DNA of 11,099 nt from Bdellovibrionota bacterium (lineage in GTDB: Bacteria; Bdellovibrionota_C; UBA2361): NCBI GenBank assembly GCA_044352465.1, contig JBILDU010000096.1, positions 1-11,099 of the forward strand, read 5' to 3'. Both the position numbers and the translations under genes were made by a program. Below are positions 1 to 5,792 of the stretch, piece after piece; within the stretch, counting starts at the first letter, position 1, and each line of letters begins with the position of its first letter. The notes below the pieces were generated by a model that was given only the letters and a program-made list of their open reading frames with translations, did no database searches and was not told the DNA's origin.

Positions 1-2
1 CG

Positions 3-110
3 CCTCGCCGCGACCTCTTCAAGGAACGCGCCGATATCGCGTCACCCACCTTTTTCGCGACAGCGGTGGGAATAGTTCCGCCTGAACCCCTGGTTACTCC
101 GCTAACTTAG
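3..110 (+). CDS. Probable 3' end of a CDS entering from the left edge (product unknown)
   Basis: Frame 3 is open from the edge to TAG at 108-110 (PRRDLFKERADIASPTFFATAVGIVPPEPLVTPLT*) with GC-rich third positions in its first part; too short to identify. Confidence 0.35.
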   Translation, partial: PRRDLFKERADIASPTFFATAVGIVPPEPLVTPLT

Positions 111-194
111 CAGCGCTGAAAACCTCTAGCGGCATTAGCTCCGGACAGCGGCGGCGAAGTTTCTTAGCACCCCAAAAGCCGGTACGATACCGCC

Positions 195-1124
195 ATGAAT
201 CGACTCCCTGAACCGGATCATCACAGGCTTACGCCGCTGCCCTCAACCGCAGCGATCACCGGGAACCTTCCCCGCCCTTTCGCGCCGGGTCAGGGGGTTT
301 TGCACGGACTCACCCCCTTGCCCACCCAAACCGCCATCGAGCTTGCGTTCCTACCGTCGGTTGCCCAAGAGCAGGCGCTGTACCGACGGCGCGCCACCGC
401 TGTGGCGGTGTATGACAACGCACGCTCAACTTTTTCGGTCATCGAAGAGGGGCAAATCCGGCGACTGACGATGCACCTTCTTGCCGAGGAACATCACCAC
501 CCCGGGCAAAATTCGGAGCTTCGGTGGGCGCATACGAATAGCTCACTCAAGCAGAACCTCACCGCGCACACCACCCATCTGCTGGGAACGATCCACCACC
601 TCGCTGAAGAGCGTGAGCTCGGACTATTCCACGGCCGATTTTTACGCGGTATCGGCGGGCCGCTACCGATCGGCCGAGTGGTCTCCGCTATCGCCGCGGA
701 GCTTTTAGAGACCCCCCTGACCCCGCTCGGCGTACAACGCGAGGACAAAGGGCGCGCTATTTTGAGCTGGTATTTGGTCGACGATACCGCATCCCCGCAC
801 CAACCCCACCGCATCGATTCGGAGCGCGAGAGATTAGTATTTTGTCGAAACGTGATCGAGACGGGATTTCAACTCGGCCATACCTTCATCGAACAACCAC
901 TCGATGCCGTCGTCGCACTCGGGCAACGCCTCGGTCTTTTGAGTGGAAAAAGCGATTCACGAACTGCTTACGTGGTGGCACCGAATTCGCCCGACAACAC
1001 TGGAGAGCCGCTCGCGCTCATCGTCCGACCAGGGCCACAAGAGGGGTATGTCCCTGGAGTAACGATAGGCTGGGCACACCACGACTCGACTCCTCGACCA
1101 CCCGAGACCCGTCGAGCCAACTGA
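195..1124 (+). CDS. Hypothetical protein, 309 aa, His-rich
   Basis: Longest ORF in the region, with globular-like composition after a Pro-rich N-terminus; 18 His residues; no family motif recognised; no SD upstream. Confidence 0.7.
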   Translation: MNRLPEPDHHRLTPLPSTAAITGNLPRPFAPGQGVLHGLTPLPTQTAIELAFLPSVAQEQALYRRRATAVAVYDNARSTFSVIEEGQIRRLTMHLLAEEHHHPGQNSELRWAHTNSSLKQNLTAHTTHLLGTIHHLAEERELGLFHGRFLRGIGGPLPIGRVVSAIAAELLETPLTPLGVQREDKGRAILSWYLVDDTASPHQPHRIDSERERLVFCRNVIETGFQLGHTFIEQPLDAVVALGQRLGLLSGKSDSRTAYVVAPNSPDNTGEPLALIVRPGPQEGYVPGVTIGWAHHDSTPRPPETRRAN

Positions 1125-1310
1125 CCAAGAGTATTCACGGGCACCATTGTGCAAGCTCTTTTTCCGCAACCACCCGGAAGCGGTGCTTAGAAGAGAGAGA
1201 GCGCTGCAATAACGAAGTTACCTTGAAAGATCGAAAACGATCTTCAAAAAAAGGAACCCGTTACGAGCACCCAAAAGCCGCTGCGAATCGTGCAGATCCG
1301 CAGCAGCCGA

Positions 1311-1362
1311 GGTGAAAGATGGACGGTGAAAGATGGACGGTGAAAGTTCGGACGGTGAAAGA
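1311..1362. repeat. Tandem repeat GGTGAAAGATGGAC, ~3.6 copies
   Basis: GGTGAAAGATGGAC at 1311-1324 and 1325-1338, variant GGTGAAAGTTCGGAC at 1339-1353, partial GGTGAAAGA at 1354-1362. Confidence 0.95.
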
Positions 1363-1407
1363 CAAGCCGGAATACCTTGCGACCCACTTTCGACGGCGTC
1401 AAACTGT

Positions 1408-1443
1408 AAAAAACCACCACCAGAGTTTCCCCTGGATGGTGGC
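1408..1443 (-). terminator. Intrinsic-terminator-like hairpin inside the ncRNA candidate
   Basis: Minus strand reads GCCACCA-T-CCAGGG-GAAA-CTCTGG-TGGTGG followed by TTTTTT. Confidence 0.5.
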
Positions 1444-1893
1444 TCGAGGAGAGAGAGAGTTCACCAAAACGACCACAAAGCCCCCGTGACAGCGTCCCAT
1501 CACGAGGGCCGGGAGGAGAGAAGCTCACGACTCTGCCGCACATCATTACGACCAACCAAACTCGGAACGAGTGAAACCGGGAAAACCGTTGGACGTTATT
1601 GCAGCGAGGGCATCCCTCCGTGGAGGGGTCGCATCGCCGCGCTAACTCGAAAAATCGCTCTACCCTTAACCAAGCTTGTTTCGTAGGACTATCATGCTGA
1701 GAGTTTCAGGGAAAACACTTTTCACACCCTGCACCCGCTTCGGCCAACGAAGGGGCACTAAGCATCAGTTTATGGACCAGTGGCGGTGACATCGCCCCTC
1801 TCGAACGAACGGCGTTTGGGATAATCGACGACCCCGAGCGCGCCAAATAACGACGAGAGCCATTGCAGGGCCACCCGCAAAGATGGCCGAGGC

Positions 1894-2346
1894 TTATAAT
1901 CCGAACACCGCTGTCGCCGGAGCGTAGACCCCCGCACCGTGTTTAAATACGAGCTGGCCGCCTAAATATCCAACGTATAAGGCAAGCCCAATGGAGCTTC
2001 CGAGGGTAAAGCCGTAGGCCACGCCGAAGGCCGTGCGATTGAATCGCGCGCGCGCCGCGACAAAACGGAGCGCCGCACACGGCACACTTAAAAAAAGGAG
2101 GAGACGCCCGCAATTGTGATGCCATGCAATCGCCTCGTTCGGCACCGCGAACGTTTGGTCAGCGAGATCGCTCGCCTGATACCCCGAGAAAAAAGCCGCC
2201 CCCACCGCAACCACCATCAGCACGAGGATGACTTCGATCGGCTTCTGCCAATCGAGTCGACGTGCCCACGCCCACACCTCAAGAAAAGCGATGAGACATA
2301 GCAGCACGATCGGAAATGCAGTGAGCGGTGGATGGAGATTCAACAT
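1894..2346 (-). CDS. DUF2231-family integral membrane protein (150 aa)
   Basis: N-terminal LHPPLTAFPIVLL resembles the family HPxxVHFP motif; four hydrophobic segments; His in AIAWHH; C-terminal GYLGGQLVFKHGAGV matches the family GxLGGxLV motif. Start moved to ATG 2346 because SD GAGGAG (2361-2356) lies 9 nt upstream. Confidence 0.85.
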   Translation of the reverse strand: MLNLHPPLTAFPIVLLCLIAFLEVWAWARRLDWQKPIEVILVLMVVAVGAAFFSGYQASDLADQTFAVPNEAIAWHHNCGRLLLFLSVPCAALRFVAARARFNRTAFGVAYGFTLGSSIGLALYVGYLGGQLVFKHGAGVYAPATAVFGL

Positions 2347-2393
2347 CTCGGACGACTCCTCGTGCAATCCGTACCATACGTTTGACGGATAGG

Positions 2394-3554
2394 CTACTCC
2401 GCTCGGCGTTTAAGAGCGATAACGGTGACGTCGTCTTTCACCGCACGACCATCCAGGAAGCCATTAAAATGATCGAGGGTGACACGCAGCACCTCAAACG
2501 CTCCGGCCCCTGGAGGAATAGATTTAAAGGCCGCGGAGAGACCTTCAACTCCGTAAATGACTCGACTGCGATTCTGCGATTCAGTGACCCCATCGGTATA
2601 GAGGAAAAACAGATCCTCGACCTCGAGCGTGGTCGATACCTCGGAGTATTCGCCTTCCTCAAAAAATCCGAGCGCGAACCCCTCTCCACGCAACTCCTCA
2701 ACGACACCGGTGCGAGCCCGATACAGCAGCGCCGGCGGGTGCCCGGCACGGGCAAACCGCAAGAGCCCGGTGTCGGGATTGAACGAAGCGACCGCGCTCG
2801 TAATAAAGCGCCCCGCGGGGAGAAGTGGTGCCATCAAACGATTCATTCCCGCAAGTATCCGCGCGGGGGACTCCTCACCCACCGCGCGTTGAGCCAACTT
2901 CGTCATGCTTCCGAGGAACGCGGCGGCGAGACCGTGGCCAGACACATCAGCGATTTGAATCGTCACCACCCCGCTCGACTCCCGGTCAACCGAATACCAA
3001 TCCCCTCCCACCTCCTCGAGCGGATCGTAACTCGCCGCCACCGAATAGCGTGAATCATCAGGGAGACTTGTGGGAAGAAGACCTTGCTGAATCTCGCGCG
3101 CCTCCTCGATCTCACGGGTAAAATGATCGGTTAGATCGCGCAACCGGGCGTTCATCTCGTGGAGCGTGGCGCTCGCCCCCTTCTCCTCCCCGGCAAGCTT
3201 CCGCAGCCGTAACACGGTCGCAATCCGACTCACAACACTGCCGTTTGAGTGAGGCGGAGGAATCGACTCGACCAGCGGGAAAGCGGCTCCCGCGATCGAG
3301 TCATGATCCTCAACCGAATTCGATAGAACCACGAGCGGGATCTGTTTCGCCACCGGCTCGGTGCGGAGAAACTCACACAGCTCCAGAGCATCGGTGTGAC
3401 ACGAGGCATCGAGAACGATGAGATCCACTACCTCCTGCCGAATCACTTCGGGAAGAGCGCGTTCCCCAACGGCCTCGACTATCTTGTAGCCGAGTTTTCC
3501 AAAAAGCTGTTTAAGGCGTGCATCGCACTCGCCTACGAGGAGAAGAGAATCCAT
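2394..3554 (-). CDS. Receiver (atypical) + coiled coil + SpoIIE/PP2C Ser phosphatase (RsbU/RsbP-like)
   Basis: PP2C motifs intact: AREIQQGLLP, VGGDWY, IADVSGHG, ARAGHPP, LYTDGVTE, DDVTVI. N-terminal receiver-like fold (DLIVLD, DALELCEFLR, IPLVVLS). Confidence 0.92.
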   Translation of the reverse strand: MDSLLLVGECDARLKQLFGKLGYKIVEAVGERALPEVIRQEVVDLIVLDASCHTDALELCEFLRTEPVAKQIPLVVLSNSVEDHDSIAGAAFPLVESIPPPHSNGSVVSRIATVLRLRKLAGEEKGASATLHEMNARLRDLTDHFTREIEEAREIQQGLLPTSLPDDSRYSVAASYDPLEEVGGDWYSVDRESSGVVTIQIADVSGHGLAAAFLGSMTKLAQRAVGEESPARILAGMNRLMAPLLPAGRFITSAVASFNPDTGLLRFARAGHPPALLYRARTGVVEELRGEGFALGFFEEGEYSEVSTTLEVEDLFFLYTDGVTESQNRSRVIYGVEGLSAAFKSIPPGAGAFEVLRVTLDHFNGFLDGRAVKDDVTVIALKRRAE

Positions 3555-3665
3555 ATGATCGACCGAAGAACGAAGCTTCCCACTGTTCTATCGCCACAAA
3601 AAGCTCTAAACTTAACGGATATTTGCACCCACCAAAGCGCGCAACAAACGGTTCGCTAACCCCCT

Positions 3666-4931
3666 ATGGATGAATCAAAAGGCTTATCTCAAGCGGAATC
3701 GGTCACACCGGCCCAGCTCACCGCCGGTCTCCTCAGCGCGGACAAAACGCTCCTGCTGCCCCTGCTCTTTATTTTTGCCCTCACCGGCCTCATTGAGACC
3801 TCCCGACCGTGGAATACTGAAACCGAGACGTTCCTCTTTGCTGCGCTCCGCCAACTGGTTGCCATGATTGGAGGCTGTGCTATCGGGGCACGCTGGATCG
3901 GACGTCTGCGCCGTGAGGGGCGCACCGCACGCCCGACTGAGATGGTCAGCGCGATCCTCGCTGGCTGGGCGCTCTGGTTTTTGTTCTCGATCCCACCACT
4001 TCTCCCGCTCATCAATCCCCGACCCGAGATGCGCTTCCTCGGCGTTGTCATAGCCGTTCCGGCGATCATCATCGCGTGGCGCTATTTTATGTTGCCGACC
4101 GCGTGCCTGCTGGGGATTAGAGGCTGGCGTGCCCAACTAACGTTCAGCCGTAACTTGACTCGCCACGACCCGCTTCTCCCCGTTCGGATCGTAGCACCCG
4201 CTGTGGGGCTCAAAGTCCTTCTCCTAGCTGCACTTCACACCCTTTCCCCCGAAGGCCGTGCTCCCAGTGTTGTTTTCGGTGCACCCTTCGTCTCCGCCCT
4301 CGCGCCCCTTCTCTGCGCCTATTTGAGCGTTGCCTTCCTCATGCAGCGCTTACCGGATCGGGTGTGGAGCGACCTCGGACTCGACCCGTATCGACAAGCG
4401 CGTTTGACCACCCTGGTCATTCAAGGTCGCGGGTGGCTTGCCCGACTCCTCAAGATGCGTTCAGCGCTCGCGACCTTAGTTCTGGGGATACTTGTAGCGA
4501 TAGGCAACACACTCCGGCTCGCAACAACGCCACCGCCGGTCGATATTTCCATCGCCTCGATTGCCCTCGCCGATGGGCAAGCAACGATCCTCACCCGGCT
4601 CACCGATACGCAGGGGCACTTCCGCGGGTTTCGAGCGGTGGCTTTTTTTCTGGCGAGTGAAAGAGGCTTTCCCGTCGCGCGACGCCCTGAATCAGCTACA
4701 ATCGCGCAAGACACGCGCGATGTAAGGCTACGATTTCCCCACGACCGAACCGAAGCCGAGCTTACGCTCACCTTTCAAACCGATCGCACCGCTCTGGACA
4801 TGCAGCGCTTAGAGAATATCTATCTTTGGTACGGTGGAACCCAAGTCAAAAAACTCGACCTTACGGCTGCCCTGGTTGAGCGCTCTCAGGAGGAGGCGGA
4901 TTCTCGGCCGCCCGCAGCATCTCTGCCGTGA
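3666..4931 (+). CDS. Polytopic membrane protein with C-terminal soluble beta-rich domain (421 aa)
   Basis: About 6-7 hydrophobic segments in residues ~25-285. PAIIIAWRYFMLPTACLLGIRGWRAQLTFSRNLTR resembles the loop of YciC/GPDPase-membrane-like proteins (weak). A hydrophilic domain of alternating strands follows. Confidence 0.8.
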   Translation: MDESKGLSQAESVTPAQLTAGLLSADKTLLLPLLFIFALTGLIETSRPWNTETETFLFAALRQLVAMIGGCAIGARWIGRLRREGRTARPTEMVSAILAGWALWFLFSIPPLLPLINPRPEMRFLGVVIAVPAIIIAWRYFMLPTACLLGIRGWRAQLTFSRNLTRHDPLLPVRIVAPAVGLKVLLLAALHTLSPEGRAPSVVFGAPFVSALAPLLCAYLSVAFLMQRLPDRVWSDLGLDPYRQARLTTLVIQGRGWLARLLKMRSALATLVLGILVAIGNTLRLATTPPPVDISIASIALADGQATILTRLTDTQGHFRGFRAVAFFLASERGFPVARRPESATIAQDTRDVRLRFPHDRTEAELTLTFQTDRTALDMQRLENIYLWYGGTQVKKLDLTAALVERSQEEADSRPPAASLP

Positions 4932-5391
4932 CGGGCAGGCGCCACGAGGGAGAGACCTCGCGCCCAACATAGACATACAACGTGTCACGCGGTCCCCCGT
5001 AGACCCCGGCGTCGAACTGAATCTCGTAGTACGGGAGATTCACCTTGGCAGGCCCCGAGAGAACCCTTCCCTCAAGGTCGTAGGTGGTCTGCGAAAAGGG
5101 CGAGTACAACACGAGACCTTGTTCGGTCTTCCGGAGCGCAAGCCTGGAGAGGTCGTAGGTACACTGCGTGCTCATCGCGGAGAGCCCCTGCTCATCGCGT
5201 CGTATAATCAGATCAAAATCTTTAAGCTCTTGCGCCCGACCAAGAAGCCCCGAAATGTGGCCGATTCTAAAATAGCCGGGCGGGCGTCTGCGCCCGTCCG
5301 CACAACCCGAAAAAAGAAATACGATCAAAAGCAGAGCGAGCCCCACGACCGCGGTTCCTCTGACTCGAGGCGTTGCGACTACTGTAGCCAC
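4861..5391 (-). CDS. Lipoprotein with degenerate Rieske [2Fe-2S] fold
   Basis: Hydrophobic signal plus lipobox LFSG-C30. IIRRDEQGLSAMSTQCTY...YDLEGRVLSGPAKVNLPYYEI follows the Rieske consensus (AxSxxCTH...FDxxGxVLxGPAxxxL), but the ligands are substituted. GTG start overlaps the upstream gene by 13 nt. Confidence 0.8.
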   Translation of the reverse strand: MATVVATPRVRGTAVVGLALLLIVFLFSGCADGRRRPPGYFRIGHISGLLGRAQELKDFDLIIRRDEQGLSAMSTQCTYDLSRLALRKTEQGLVLYSPFSQTTYDLEGRVLSGPAKVNLPYYEIQFDAGVYGGPRDTLYVYVGREVSPSWRLPVTAEMLRAAENPPPPESAQPGQP

Positions 5392-5669
5392 GGCAGCTCA
5401 ATCTCCAGATTTCGGATAATATCGGAAACCTCGGTGTTCCGGGGAGCGATCACGACCCCCCCGTTGATTTCCTTGGCGAGCCGCTCAAAGAGAACATCGC
5501 GCGACTCTCGCGATCCGCCGGCTTGAAAGCCCTTCACCGTGTCCCCACCGATGAGCTCAAGCGCATCCTCAAGGCATGACCGATCTCGCGCCACGATAAG
5601 GAGTTTGTGCCCATTTATGGATAACGCCGCCGGCTCTTTACCAACAAACGGCGCAAAATACTTGGCCAT
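5379..5669 (-). CDS. Hypothetical protein, 96 aa
   Basis: ATG start, alpha/beta-like composition, and overlap with the downstream lipoprotein gene suggesting translational coupling. Confidence 0.75.
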   Translation of the reverse strand: MAKYFAPFVGKEPAALSINGHKLLIVARDRSCLEDALELIGGDTVKGFQAGGSRESRDVLFERLAKEINGGVVIAPRNTEVSDIIRNLEIELPWLQ

Positions 5670-5792
5670 ACGGAATCAGGATAAGCTCTCACTGAAGACA
5701 AGCTCTTCTAAAGATAAGCATTGAGCCACAGAGTTTCAAGGGGTCTTTGCCCCTCGGCGCAGGCAAAAAGCGAACCGATACAATTGCTTAGC

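Larger units (their letters stand above)
1202..1606 (-). ncRNA. Candidate large structured non-coding RNA (unknown family)
   Basis: Perfect 13-bp inverted repeat CGCTGCAATAACG (1202-1214) / CGTTATTGCAGCG (1594-1606) enclosing hairpins at 1223-1247, 1276-1308, 1413-1443, 1479-1510 and 1560-1572. The three long stems pair fully only on the minus strand through G-U wobbles; one has a GAAA tetraloop on that strand. Confidence 0.55.

Noticed and set aside
1311..1362. CRISPR array
   Set aside because: Repeats are 14 nt, directly abutting with no spacers, and no cas genes are present.
1202..1606. Retron msr-msd (a1/a2 inverted repeats)
   Set aside because: No reverse transcriptase (no YADD-type ORF) is adjacent or in the window, and the element has several hairpins rather than one long msd stem.
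842..1686. ORFs 842-1315 (+), 1244-1555 (-) and 1333-1686 (+) as genes
   Set aside because: Arg/Ser/Pro-rich shadow-like composition; two of them cross a 14-nt-period repeat and one overlaps the 195-1124 CDS.
1125..1893. tmRNA, RNase P RNA, SRP RNA, 6S RNA or tRNA
   Set aside because: No tRNA-like ends with T-arm and CCA, no GAGGAAAGTCC P4 motif, no SRP CAGG-GGAA-AGCAG motif, and no single long 6S rod was found by eye; cmscan is needed to exclude them fully.
2347..2367. TTG start at 2367 for the DUF2231 gene
   Set aside because: This stretch contains the SD (GAGGAG) for ATG 2346, which places the HP motif at the N-terminus as expected.
2328..3121. Plus-strand ORFs 2328-3053, 2629-2892 and 2825-3121
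   Set aside because: Antisense shadows of the well-supported PP2C phosphatase gene.
4834..5526. 230-aa plus-strand ORF
   Set aside because: Antisense to the pseudo-Rieske and 96-aa genes and has no motif of its own.
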